From the NCBI GenBank assembly GCA_964019335.1, contig OZ025753.1:1-64000 (forward strand): a stretch of 64,000 bases of DNA, read 5' to 3'. Shown piece by piece: positions 1 to 12,145 of the stretch (position 1 is its first letter; every line of letters starts with the position of its first letter). This DNA is from Diplonema japonicum (lineage: Eukaryota; Protista; Euglenozoa: Diplonemea). The notes beneath the pieces are model-generated. The model worked only from the letters and a program-made list of their open reading frames with translations, ran no database searches and was not told where the DNA came from. The position numbers were made by a program, and so were the translations under genes.

Positions 1-290
1 AGCAGGCACATGAGAAAGGTCATGCAACTGCTCGGCACCTTTAGCTGTATGCGGTCTCGCGGCTACCTTCCAGGTAGTTCCGAGGAGACCATACAGCTAA
101 GGGCACTTAGCGAAGTAAGCACTTTGAAGGAGTCGGACCCTTTAGACAGTGCAGCACAGAACGTTGTTGCGGGTGTTACAATGGACACTACACCTGACGA
201 GACTCCAGCAGCCTCCCTAGCCCTTGCAGCTTCTCAAGCCCTGACAGATTCTCAAGCTAGACCCCCGCAACCTCCCAGCAACCACCTCAC
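1..290 (-). mobile_element. Fragment of DIRS-type (tyrosine recombinase retrotransposon) sequence
   Basis: 1-~205 is a near-identical reverse complement of ~32219-32430, which runs into a DIRS-type RNase H ORF; ~185-290 resembles the reverse complement of 28408-28490. Confidence 0.5.
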
Positions 291-320
291 GCCAAAACAC
301 CAAATAAGTGTATTCCAAAT

Positions 321-390
321 AATTCTTTTTTTTTTGGAGCCCAAACACCACCCCTCCACTGCCCAAATAAAGGGATTATTCGGACCCCCC
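321..390 (-). repeat. Short dispersed repeat (..ccctttatttgggcagtggagggg..gtgtttgggctccaaaa..gaatt)
   Basis: Related copies on + at ~27520-27572, 42370-42435, 47168-47225 and 51430-51497. Confidence 0.6.
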
Positions 391-397
391 TTTAGTA

Positions 398-433
<36 letters not shown>

Positions 434-554
434 CCTCGCTGAAAGAAAAGAAAAAAAAAAGAAAAAAAAAAGCTGAAAACAAAACAAAAAAAAGAAGAAA
501 AAGATGAAAAAGAATAAGAAAAAGAACTTGTGGGGGGTCGTGTTTTTAAAATAA

Positions 555-735
555 AGAAATCCATCAGATGTGTGGTTCGCTGACCTCCCGAGTGCAGAAT
601 CTTGGTTACCCAGGGTGCCCGGGGCTGGGCACACCGCACGCATATAGGCCACGACGCGGAACGCGCTCCCTGTAATCAAGTAGACAGTTCTTGTGCAGGT
701 CACCACCAATACTGGTCCTTTCAGTCTTATATAAA
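555..735 (+). mobile_element. SINE-like repeat (catcagatgtg... family), internally deleted copy
   Basis: Colinear similarity to 18851-19160, 44134-44360 and 54094-54320; ends in a hairpin followed by cctttc and an AT-rich tail. Confidence 0.6.
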
Positions 736-744
736 AATTATATA

Positions 745-1165
745 CTTTCTTTCACTCTTTGTCATTTTCTTCACTCACTAGGGGGGCCTCAATTTAAATA
801 TTTGTTACATTATGGGGCTTTAGAGCGAAAAAATGGGGCTTGTCGTGGAAGAAAAATGTACCCAGCCCCTTTGAAAGATTCTTTTTGAAGGTTGGGGCAT
901 TTTGACTATTTTTGGCCATCTGAGGCCATTCCAGCCCTTAAAAGTGGGTATAAGTGCTTTACTTCCCCTTAAAATTCCACGGCGCAAATAGCTACCAGTG
1001 AAGAGTGAGTGACTCACATAACGAAGAATGAAATAAAATGACTTACTTGCCTCAAAATGAGCCATTATTTAACACTCGTTACCGTTTTTCGTTGCACGAG
1101 TGCAAAGAATTCGGGAACTCGAGTTAAATAACTAACTCATTATTTTGTTGCGATAAATAGCTATA
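745..1165 (-). mobile_element. Non-autonomous long-hairpin element (Crypton- or Helentron-like), uninterrupted copy
   Basis: Reverse complement matches 11977-12128 + 18766-18808 + 19208-19446; terminal imperfect palindrome plus subterminal inverted repeats. Confidence 0.65.
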
Positions 1166-1352
1166 TTTATATATATATTTTTTGTTTTTTTTTTGTTGTT
1201 TGGTGTAACTAAGCGTGCGTTCATGAAAAGAAAAAGCACATTTTTTTCTCCCCCCAACCTTGATGTCCCATCACTTCTTTTAAAAAAAAAAAAAAAACGA
1301 AAAAGAAAATGGCGAAAATTTCCTTTCTACTTAACTGTAAAATCAGCATTAA

Positions 1353-3065
1353 CCCATAAAGGACCGGAGCTGAATATTCAGCTAAAAATCTTTTTTTTAA
1401 TTCTGCTAAGGCATTTTTAGTGCTCTGCATGCCCACTCTTTAAAGATTATTATTTATTGCGCGACTTTTTTTATTACTGAACGCTATATCGCTCGTAAAT
1501 TTTTGCATCCAAACTGCAAGGGGAGAAAAAAAATAGTGGCACAGACATTGTTTTTTTACACCCCATAAGGGAGTAGTGCCGAAAGCACTTCTGAAGAAGG
1601 GCCAGTGTCACCGGATGATGGGGATATCCCGGATATGGAATGGGATGACAAAATCGAGAAGGTGGGGAAGAAAATATTTCGCAAGGCACCAGGTCCAAGT
1701 GTACCAGTAGTGGGTCTCAACGGGCTGGAGGTTTTTCCTTTGAGTTGTTTTTCACTCCTGCGGCTCTAAAAGGCTATCGTGGGGTGGGCAGCAAGCCATT
1801 CGAGTGGTATAGAGGCCTTTGGATACTTACAGGGCTCATAATCAAGACAGTTATCAAGGTCTACTGGGCACAGGATGAACTCATAGATACCCCATATTCA
1901 CTATATTTCAGAACGGTAATGGAAAGAAACAGGCTCCTAAGAATAATGCGCCAAATGCGGTTTGGGTTGCCCGCTGGTGGAGGAGAAGGAGACAGAATGG
2001 CTAAAGGGCGCAATCTTGTAAATCTTGTGGTTCCTTCTTGGTCATCCCTGTATGTACCCAAGCGAAACGAACCATCATACGCTGTAGAAGCCGTGTCGGG
2101 TTCATTGTTTGTGAGCCGAAGAAGAGGAAGAGTTATGGGTTCAGAATGCGATTCAGACACCGGTTACACTCTACATGATTGTTTGTACCGGCACGGGCAC
2201 CCGGGGGAAAGAGGCAGAGCTGCTCACCGAATATCAGCACCAGAATTACTGGATTGTCTTTGACAACTGTTTTCGCTTGTCCCATTGTTGATACGGATTT
2301 ACAATGCGGATTTCCACTGCATGGGGACCATCAGGAAAACCCGGAAATTGCTCCCAGAATACCCATTCAGTGTCAGCAAGTGTGTGGCAAAGAAATCTTG
2401 TCAAACAACATCATCGCAAAAGGGTGGCACCCGCGTCAAGTGTTCCCCGCCGGAGCCGAAGATACCTACCCCTCAGGGGTGCACCTTCACGTACCAAGGG
2501 TGCACCTTCAATGTGTCCTGAGAAGATGCAAAAGGCACGGAATTGCACTGTGTGCAACAAATTAGAGAAAAAAGCACCCAGGCCATGTTCTCGTGCAGAG
2601 ATTGCAACGTAGCAATGTGCCCTGTTTCGAATTTTTTCACATTAACGACACCTTAAAAAACCACCTGAAAACCTCTCGAAAACCACTTGAAAATAGAAAT
2701 ACGTTTAAATTGGACAAGTCGCATATCTGTGGCACCTCGGACCTTGTGTTCAAAGAACGGCCATAAGTGGTGAAAAAAAAATAACCAGCCCACCCTGCAC
2801 GCTGAATAAGCGCTGCTTGCCGAAACCATGGAACCTCCGGATAGCATGTGCCCTTTGCAAGAGTTGTTTCTCTCAAATGCTGCTCTACCACCAAAGTTTG
2901 GGTGCGTCTGGGGCTGAAATGCAGGCTGCTTCGCGCTCCAGAAATGGGGTAGTGAAAATAATATAGGTACACACCCTCTAACTCCACCCTCGCCATTTTA
3001 TTTTGGTATTTGAATGAAAAGTTCAAAATCGACTTTTTAGACGAAAAATAGCGGTCCTTTATGGG
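1353..3065 (+). mobile_element. piggyBac DNA transposon, defective
   Basis: Perfect 14-bp TIRs CCCATAAAGGACCG (1353-1366) and CGGTCCTTTATGGG (3052-3065), flanked by TTAA at 1349-1352 and 3066-3069. Confidence 0.92.
1735..2645 (+). pseudogene. piggyBac transposase remnant (frameshifts, internal deletion)
   Basis: Motifs ELFFTP, GLWILTGLIIK..IKVYWAQDELIDTPY..FRTVMERNR, CMGTIRKTRK and a C-terminal Cys-rich RNCTVCNK...C..CNVAMCP...FH, spread over several frames. Confidence 0.85.
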
Positions 3066-3306
3066 TTAAAAAAAAAAAAAAAAGTTCGACACATGACCTT
3101 TAAAAAAGAACAAAAAAGGGAGGAGAGTCAGTGGGATCTGATTGTTTGTTTGCACAGCTGATAATTTAAAAAAGAAAAATGCAAAAGGGATTCAAAAGAA
3201 AAAGTTCAATTTCTGGCGGTCCGGCTGATATACAGTTTGGTGGCGATTTGCTTTTTGCATGGTATCCCCCCCTTTTCCCCCCTCAGATCAAAGCCATAAG
3301 GAGCGC

Positions 3307-3352
<46 letters not shown>

Positions 3353-3771
3353 AGAGAGAAGAAAAACGTACCTCCCCACCCTGTTGGCTCAAAAAAAAAA
3401 AGAAAAGCCTACTTTTTTTTTTTATTTTTGCCAATCTTACCCCCTCCCCTTCCCCCCCCTCTTGATTGGTGGTGCTTTGGTCACACTTCCTTAATAATTA
3501 ATTAGATTATTTTTTTTTCTTTGCTAAACGCTTCATATTCTTGCTACTTCCCCTCCCTTTTTTTTTTTTTTTAAAAACAGAAAGAAATCGGGCAGAGTTG
3601 TCACTTTTTTTTCGAAGGGTGATCCCCCTGCCGGCCATCCTTATTACTCCTCCGTATCCAAAAAAGGTACAAAGAAGGAGAAGGGGGGAGAGACGGGAAG
3701 TGGGGAACACCCCTCCCCCTTCCCCGTCTCTCGTTCTCTTTTTTTTTTTTTTTTTTTCTTGTTTCTCATGT

Positions 3772-3827
<56 letters not shown>

Positions 3828-6062
3828 GCTTCCGTCCCCCTCCCAATTTGCAAGTGTTCATTGAGAGTGGGGATTTATGTGAAGGTTTAAAAAAAAAAAA
3901 AAAATTAAAAAAAAAAGAAGTGCATTGTTATATAGTGGTATACACCCCACCCCTTTCTCATGCTAAAGAAGAAGGGAATGGAAAAGAAAGAAAAAAAAAA
4001 AGAAATTCCATTTTGCTTGCCCTATCTTCGCCCCTCTCGGGGGGGGAAAAGAAAAAAAGATTTCGATTGTACTCAAATAGCATGTTCTTATTCTCCCCCC
4101 CATTCCCCCCTCCGATGCACTAGGAAAGGTAAGGCACATTTTATATCAAAAGCACCGAGACCAGTTGACACCTTTTTGTCAAATGTGGGCAATGAAAAAA
4201 AAAAAAAAAAAAAACAGAAACTGTACCGTAGCGTGCTTTATGAGTGAAAATAACAATTTCGGGAAACAGAAAAAAAAAAAAAAAAAAAATTCTCCTCGGA
4301 AGTAGAGAATAACGCTGAGGCAGAGTGGCTTCCCTTTTTTTTTTTTTTTTTCCTTTTTCTTTTTCTCTTCTGTGCTTCGGTTTTTTTTTAAATTTTTTTT
4401 GGGGGGGCATCTCACAAAGACTTCCTTTTTAACTCATATATTATTTTTTTTATCCACTTTTATTATTAATATTTCTTCCAACCCCAGTTGCGAAGATAAG
4501 AAGAAAAAAAAAAAGATAAGAAGAAGGGGGAGCTATTTTATTCTAAAAAAAAACTTTATATTAATAGGAAAAAAAAAAAAAAAAAAGATTTAATGCAAAA
4601 TGTGTGCTGCCACTGAGTAGTTGTTTATTTTTTTTTTTTTTTTTTATTTTTGCAATAACGAGTCTTTAGACTGTGTCAAAACAGAAATTTATTTTTTGTC
4701 TCCCGCCCAGAGTTGACCCCTGGGATTCGTACTCTGTCCTCTGACACCTCCTAAGGTATCCTGCAAGCTCAACATGTTTTTCATAAAATAATTGAAGTTT
4801 TTTTTTTTTTTTTTTTTTTTTTTTTGAGAAAATTAAATAATTAAATAAAGCACAGGATACAGGACGAACAAGTGAAGTAAAACTCAAATTCTTTTTATCT
4901 TTTTCCTCTTTTTTTTTTCTTTTTTTTTTTCCCTCTTTTTTTAAGTAGTGACAAGGGGGAGGGGATGGCTCCAACAAAAAAAAAGGTTTTTTTTTCCCTT
5001 TTTTTTTTCTCCCCTGCTGTACCCTAAATGAGTACATACACTGCGTCCATCAGGGAAAATCTTAAGAAACAATGCAGAGGAAAAGAAGGGAAAAAGCAGA
5101 GGAAAAACCTCTTGTTGAAGGGGGGATATATTTCCTTTCTTTTTTTTTTTTGTATGTGTTGTGCTCTTTTATAAATTTTTTTTCTTCCCTTCTCCCCCTT
5201 TCTTCCCTTCCAACCTGGGGGCCACGATTACTGCTTTGGCCTCATCTTCGGCTTCTACGGGAGGACTGAGGGAATAACTTTCAAATAAAAAAGAATATAA
5301 CGCGGACCCGCTTCCCCCCCCCCCCCCCCCCCTTTCTTTTTCCCTTCCTTCTCACCCACGCATGCGCACCCGTTCCTACAATCTTGTTTTTTTCTTTTTT
5401 TTTTTTTTTTTTTTTCCATCTTACAGCAATTTTCTTTTCTATTTTTTTTCTTTTTTCTTGTTGTGCAGTAATATTGAGGTATCTGAGAAAGACTCAAAAT
5501 GTAAAACGAAAAAAAAAAGGGACACTAAATGCAGGGTGGGTAAGTTACTGTGGAGGCATTTCTTTATGGTTTATAAGCGGATGATATGAAATGTGTTTTG
5601 TAAGTGCCTCCTTTCGTCACTCCTGCCTGTGTCTTTTATTTTAAAAGAAATGAAAAAAAAGGGGAGATTTTTGTTTTCCCCCTGTTTGTTTGCTCTTCTT
5701 TTTATCTTCCCCGTCCCCCAGCATATGCAAAATATTTTTTTTTTTTTTACATTTCTTTTTTTTTTTTCCTCCTCTCTCCCCTTCCGCCCCCCCCCCCCGA
5801 ACTTTGGGGATGTTTTCGATAACCCAAAACAAAAAAAAGGAAGAAAAAAAAAAAGCCCCCTTTTTTTTTTCTTCCCGTTTCATTTCCCCTCCCCTCTTTA
5901 GTCCTCTCTGCTATTCATTTTTTTTCCCCCCCTCCCCTCCCCTCGAAAAAGAATGTGCAAACTCTTTTTTTTTTCTTTTGCCCATTTTCTTTTATTTTTT
6001 CCTCTTCTTTTTGTATATTCCCAAACAAAAAAAAAAAAAAGAAAACAAACAAAAAAAAGAAA

Positions 6063-7321
6063 ATGCCGAGCATCAAGGTGCTGAACATCGTGTTGGTGCT
6101 GCTGTGCATCGTCATAACTGCATTCATATGCACATTTCTCGCCATTCGCAGCAGCAACGTGGCGCTTGACGACACGAAGGAGTCACGGGATACATCGGTA
6201 GCCTCCGCCTTCGCAGTGGGCGAGGAGAGCGTGCAGAACAGGACAACCGAGCAGCTGGAGTACCTCCTCACAAGCACGGGCGATTTCATGATGCAATTCT
6301 TGAAACCACAACGGCAAGCGGCTACCCACATCGCCAAAACTATCGACGCAAATGATTGGGACAAAGTATCAACATGGGATTGGCACCGACTTGAAAACTA
6401 TTACTGGAGATTTAAACAACTAAGCGCGGACGGCAATACTGGCTTGGGCTTCACCTTAAACAACAGATTAATGGTCCTAATGTACGAAGACGGTTTAACC
6501 TTCACCAACGGTCCAGATGACTATCATGCGATCAAAATCGTGTGGAACTACGGTGAATCTCACCCCTGGGGCGGGTACAACCGGACCTTTGTTGCGTCTG
6601 TGGTACCTGGGACAGGTCTCCCCGCGGGAATCGACGATTTTACCTCTGTTGAGGACTTCGATTACAACACCAGCTACTGCAACTTGACTGATGTCCCCAC
6701 AAAGGGTGCCATCCCCGACGAGCCGTGTGGAGTCGACAGCATGCGCGATCCTCTCACTGCTCTGTTATATGCTGCTGGTTCATTAGTCCCGGAGGGGCAG
6801 ACGCTCTGGACCCCGCCAGTTGTTGTCGATGCTTATCTTGCTATTTCCGCGCTTACTCCAATCTACAAGAATGGCGTCTACTCTGGTGTTGGTTACTCCG
6901 GGGCGGATCTTCGGCATATTAGCAAGTTCCTTGCGGCAGCGAGGGTCAGCGGGCCTGTGGAAGGGCACGATACCCGTGGCCGTGTCTTCATCACCGTCAG
7001 GAACACCTGGTGGCCTCTCGACACGCAGGCGGCGATCGGGTTGCTCGTCGGATCTTCTCACGGAGAGTATGGAGAGAAGTTTTTTTTTAAACTTTTTTTT
7101 ATTTTTTATTTTTTAGTGTGCTGGTTTATAAGGACCCGAACAGCAGGCTTTCTGCGTCGTCTATTTACCCAACAGAGAGCTCAGACAGCATCGTAAGGCA
7201 GGTAGCCCTTGAAGGGTTGAACACAGAAGCTCTCGCACTGTCCAAGAATACATCAGTGTTGAACATCACAACAGACCTCGCGCCGGGCGGCGAGGAATTT
7301 TACTACAGGTATGTGTGGGGG

Positions 7322-7355
<34 letters not shown>

Positions 7356-8739
7356 AGGGTCGAGGTCAGGAAAGACACACACGGGATCGACTGGTACCTG
7401 CACGTTGTGATCGACAGGGCGTACATCCTGGGCAGCATCGACAGGAAGACAGCAGAGACGAAGGACGCGATCCACACAGCGGAGAAGAAGGTCGACGACG
7501 ATCTGAACACCGCACGCACCCTACTCTACATCCTGGTGGCAATCCTCACCGTCGGTCTGATCATCGTCGCCGTCATATTCGTCCTAAGAACAACGGAACC
7601 GCTCATCGTTCTCGAGAAAGAAATGGCGATGGTGGCCGTGATGAAACTAGACCGCGTCAATGCTGAAAGACCTCTCAGCTCTCTACACGAGGTACGCCTG
7701 ATGCAAAGAAGCTTCCTTCAAATGATGAAGAACCTCGTGGAGTACAGAAACTACATGCCGGCATCTGTTCTACAGGACGACGACGACTACGAGACAGAAG
7801 AAATGGAAAGCGAGCACACCCGTGTAGATAGCGACAGAGGAAGCAGCAAATCCGATACCCTAGGCAGCACAAAACGCCCCGACGGGAATTCAACACTAGC
7901 GTCTTCCCTCCACGTTGCCCAGAAGCAGAACACCCTGCATGGGACGGAGGCGAAGCTCAAGAAGGTTACCCTCATGACGTGCAACATCGTCTCCTTCCTC
8001 AACAATGACACCTCCGACCCATCAAGCCTGCTCAACACAATCTCCCACTACCTCACAATGTCTCTCAACAAAGTTAAAACAACCAGAGGAATCCCGGACA
8101 GCTTCAGCGGTGACAGGTTGTACGTGTCATGGAACGGTGTGAAGGTCTGTTCTTCACACAGAGCTGCTGCGTATACATGTGCAAGAAGTATATCTGGAGA
8201 CACATCTGTTGGGAAGAAATTTTCCATTGGAATTGTTTCTGGTGAAGTGAAGTGCGGGAACATGGGATGCGAGGGGATGAAGAAGTTCTCGTTCATCGGG
8301 TCGCTAGCGTCGTGGGTCCACGTTGTGGAACGTGTGGGGAGGCTGAGAGGCGCTGACATCGCCATCGACCACACCACATATGAGGAAGTTGTCAACATTG
8401 CCTACGTCAGGGCCATCCAACATGTATTGTTCAAAAAACACTCTCCTGAAAAGGTTCTAATGGTGTACGAAGCAATGCACGCTAAGGACCTTAAGGAGGA
8501 GGAGTGGATGTATCAGATAGAACAGGGGAACAATAAAAATCCGAACAAGTCTTTCAATTCTAGTTATGATTTGTTTATGATGGGGGATGTGGAGGGTGCC
8601 GAGCGGGAGCTTGAGAAGACAGAGCAAAATCCGGATGATAAGGTGCTTACATCGTACGCAGAGAGGCTGAAGAAGGCGGGCCGAAGTCCTGATTTGACCA
8701 AGCCGCTTGGGATGTGTGATTGCTGCAGTTTTCTTGTTT

Positions 8740-8741
<2 letters not shown>
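6063..8741 (+). CDS. Membrane receptor with degenerate class III adenylate/guanylate cyclase domain; join(6063..7066,7117..7308,7358..8741), ~859 aa
   Basis: Two GT-AG introns join three ORFs in frame (2580 nt). N-terminal TM, extracellular Cache-like region, second TM (LLYILVAILTVGLIIVAVIFV), HAMP-like linker (SSLHEVRLMQRSF..YRNYMP), cyclase-like FSGD and IGIVSGEVKCGNMG. Confidence 0.85.
7067..7116 (+). other. Intron 1, 50 nt, GTATGG...TTTTAG, T-rich
   Basis: Removal gives in-frame ..SSHGD-VLVYKDP.. Confidence 0.85.
7309..7357 (+). other. Intron 2, 49 nt, GTATGT...poly(A)...CCAG
   Basis: Removal gives in-frame ..EFYYR-VEVRKD.. Confidence 0.85.
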
Positions 8742-8780
<39 letters not shown>

Positions 8781-9546
8781 ATTTGTCGTCTCATTTCGCC
8801 CACACCTCCCGCTTATGAACTCGTATCTCATTTGGCACTTTGCAATTTTTTTTTTTTTTTTTTTTTATATTTTTATTATACCTCTCTCCCCATCGGTGTT
8901 GAGCGATGAGACAATTTTTTTTTTTCAAGATGCAAAAACAAAAAAAGAAGGGGGGACACAGTTCTTTTCTGTTTACTGGAACTCTTTTTTTTTTTTTTTT
9001 TTTTCTAGGGACATTTTCTTTTTTCCTTCCCCGGACAAAAATTGAGAGTTTTACAAGTACCTTCTCGCGCAGCTTTGTCTTGCTCAATTGTTCACTACGA
9101 CACGAGTTTTTTTCTTTTTTTTTTTTTATCAGAAAAGCGACCAATTCTTTTTTGGTGCAGTGTCTGTGATTGATTTCCCCTCTCATGCTGTGGCTGCGAT
9201 GCATGCGCTGGCTTGATCCTGACTCAGCAACTTTGGTGAGAAAAATTGAGGAGGAAAGAGTAAAAGAAAATAAAACTGCTTTTTATTCACGTTCCAAAAT
9301 GAAACCATTTTTTTTTTTTTTTTGTGTTCTCTTTGAAACAAAAAGATTTTTCATTAATTCGTTGGTGAATAAATAATTAAAAAAAAAAAAAAATGTTTCG
9401 AATGAAACATTTTTTTTTTTTTTTTTTTTATTCTGTTTTGCGCGCACTACCTCTGTACGCTGCCATCACAACTAGTTTTTTTTTAGTTTCGACAATAATA
9501 TTGTTGAAACAATTCAAAGACAAAAAAAAAAAAAAGAAATGACACG

Positions 9547-9582
<36 letters not shown>

Positions 9583-9862
9583 ATAAAACCTTTTTTTCAA
9601 CGTTTCCAACATTCAATGAAGAACAGGAGTCGGGGAAGCAATGGGAAAAGTAAAGAACTCGGCAAGCTGAGATCAAGGGCGTCTCACAAAGACTTCCTTT
9701 TAACTCATATATATATACATTTCTTTTTTTCCCCCTTCTTTTTTAAATTGCACGCTTAACGCCACCTAGTGTTGCAATCAAAAAAAAAGCCCCATTTTTA
9801 TTCTCTCTTTAGATTTTCTTTTCTTCCCAAAAGAAAGGGGGAGGAAGAAGCCTTTTTCTTCT

Positions 9863-9896
<34 letters not shown>

Positions 9897-10497
9897 CTCT
9901 TCTTTTATATTATATATTTTCGCTCCAGAGAAGCATGTTCTTCTTTGTCCTCACGAACTAAATTTTACCCCTCCTTCTTTTTTTTTTTTTTTTTTTTTTT
10001 ATAAATCGAATCTTATACAAGTTTAAATATAAAAGGAAAACAGTGGTATGTAGGGGGTGTAATTCACTTATTTACTTACGGCGTTGGAATAATAAAGGAA
10101 TTGCCCCCTAAAAAAAAAGATTTATTATATTCCCCCTTTTTTTTTTTTGACTCTGCAGACACCTATGGCGACGAACAAGCAGCAAGCTCTGCGCTAGTGT
10201 GCAGAAAGCTGGTTATTTTTTTTCTTCTTTTGTGTTGGTTATTGTAGCCATGACAACCCCACACCCTACTTTCCCTTTTGTGTAATGAAGGGTGAAAGAG
10301 AGAAAGGAAATCTCTTTCACACGACACGTGTGTTGATATAAAAAAAAAAAAAAAAAAAAAAAGAAAAAGAAAGAAAGTGGGTATATGACACCTGTCTTTG
10401 CGATCTTCGTGATTCCTCTTTCTTCTTCACGACAAACTGAGTTTTTTTTTTTTTTTTCTCTTGGTTTTCTTTTTATTTTGCTTTGAAAAAAAAAACA

Positions 10498-11560
10498 ATA
10501 TGGTCACCTCTCCGCTATTTGTCAATGCTTTTTTTTGAAAAATGCGAAAAAATGCTTTTTTAAATTTTCACAAAAAAAAAGGGGCAGCATGCAACCACAG
10601 GAAGTATGAAAGAAACGTGTAAATAGTCCCGAAAACTCCGTTAAAGGGCTTGCTTTTGAGAAAAAAATACAATGTGGAGGGATGAAACATAAAAATGAAC
10701 CGAAATTCGGCTGTCACGAAAAACGGGGAAAATGCAGCAAATCCCGATTTATTCACCCAGAAACGCGCAGCATTTAAACCATAGATCTCTTATTCAAAAA
10801 TTTATTGACAATCTGCAGCCAAAGAGGGGTCCCACTGGAAGGTGCTTTTGCCTCTGTACAATCTTCGGTGGGCACTAGTGAGCCAATTTGTGTGCGTTTT
10901 TTTGGCCTGTTTTTGGCCCTCCTGATTCAGGCAATAAAATCAGATTTTCTACACAGCGACACTTCTTGGCCCAATTGTTGGGACTCTTGCCAGCGGCTTT
11001 TCGGCATCTTCTGCAAAGAGCCGAAGGAATTCTGTGGGAGAAACGGTGGTTTCAGCCGCCTCAGAACAGCCCTTCCTGGACAAGCGCGTTTGTGTTACAG
11101 AACACGAGAGTCCCCTGCAAGGAAAACGCGTTCTGATGCATTGTCGGCAGGCATATAGCCTGCGCTATTGTGACTTGGTGGGAAAATGAATCGATTCTGC
11201 ATCAAAGCCGCAGAACAATTCTGGGCGTGTTTCTCCCGGGAGTGATCAACGCATTGGGCTGTGTTACACCCAAGGCACTTTTCATGAGTTCCACGTACAG
11301 TACCTGGGCTCGGGTGCTGATGTAGTTGGCTACTCCACCTTCCTGAAGAAACGCCCCGAGACAAATCAGGCAAACGTATCGGCTGCTCTGAAGTCACTAC
11401 CCTTGAAGGCCTTCACGACTTCACAGTGTGTGACCCCAACAGCTTCGACTGCATGGCCTGAGGGAAGCTGGACAACAAGGTACCGCTTCTCGTGACGTAT
11501 GAACACAGTTTTTTTGCACAAGTTCGACATGGAATTTAAAGGGAAAAAGTAGTGTAAACC
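10498..11560. mobile_element. Probable degenerate DNA element related to 21487-22515
   Basis: Shares aaaaaagggcagcatgcaacca..ggaag with 21557-21587; interior is non-homopolymeric, with a Cys/His-rich minus-strand peptide CLGCNTAQCVDH; ends unclear. Confidence 0.3.
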
Positions 11561-11586
11561 CTGCTTAATTTTCGCTGGGTTTAAAA

Positions 11587-11627
<41 letters not shown>

Positions 11628-11849
11628 ACAGCTCCTTGCCGTGATTTTCTTATTCAAAATTTTATGTGACCATATATTTATAATGAATTGGTTATTTGCT
11701 AAAAGAAGTTGGGCTCTTATCCTTCTACAGGTTAACCCCGGCTGTGCACAAGCAACTATCAACCGACTTTTTTTTAAGCCTGAGTACGGTTTTATAATTA
11801 TAGAAGGGGGCGTCTCACAAACCCCTTTAACTCAAATATTATTTATTTT

Positions 11850-11890
<41 letters not shown>

Positions 11891-12145
11891 AACAAATCCT
11901 GACGCACAAAGGAGGCATAATAAGAAAAGAAAAAAGAAGGAAAAAAAGAACTTCTCCTAGCAAAAAAAAAAAGAAAAATAGCTATTTATTGCCAACAAAT
12001 TATGAGTCATTATTTAACTCGAGTTCCCGAATTTTTTGCACGAGGGCCCTGCGGGCCCTCGTGCAAAAAAACGGTAACGAGTGTTAAATAATGGCTCATT
12101 TGGCGGCAAGTAAGTCGTTTTATTTCACCAGGGGGCGGAACTAAC

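Noticed and set aside
190-230. CTGACGAG, resembling a hammerhead ribozyme core
   Set aside because: No stem II followed by GAAA and no stem I/III pairing found.
4213-4232. Minus-strand tacagtttctgt, matching part of the SL
   Set aside because: Only 12 nt next to a homopolymer; likely chance.
3070-6060. Many K-rich and F-rich ORFs here and at 8.8-10.5 kb and 20-21.5 kb
   Set aside because: They are translations of A/T homopolymer tracts with no domain signal.
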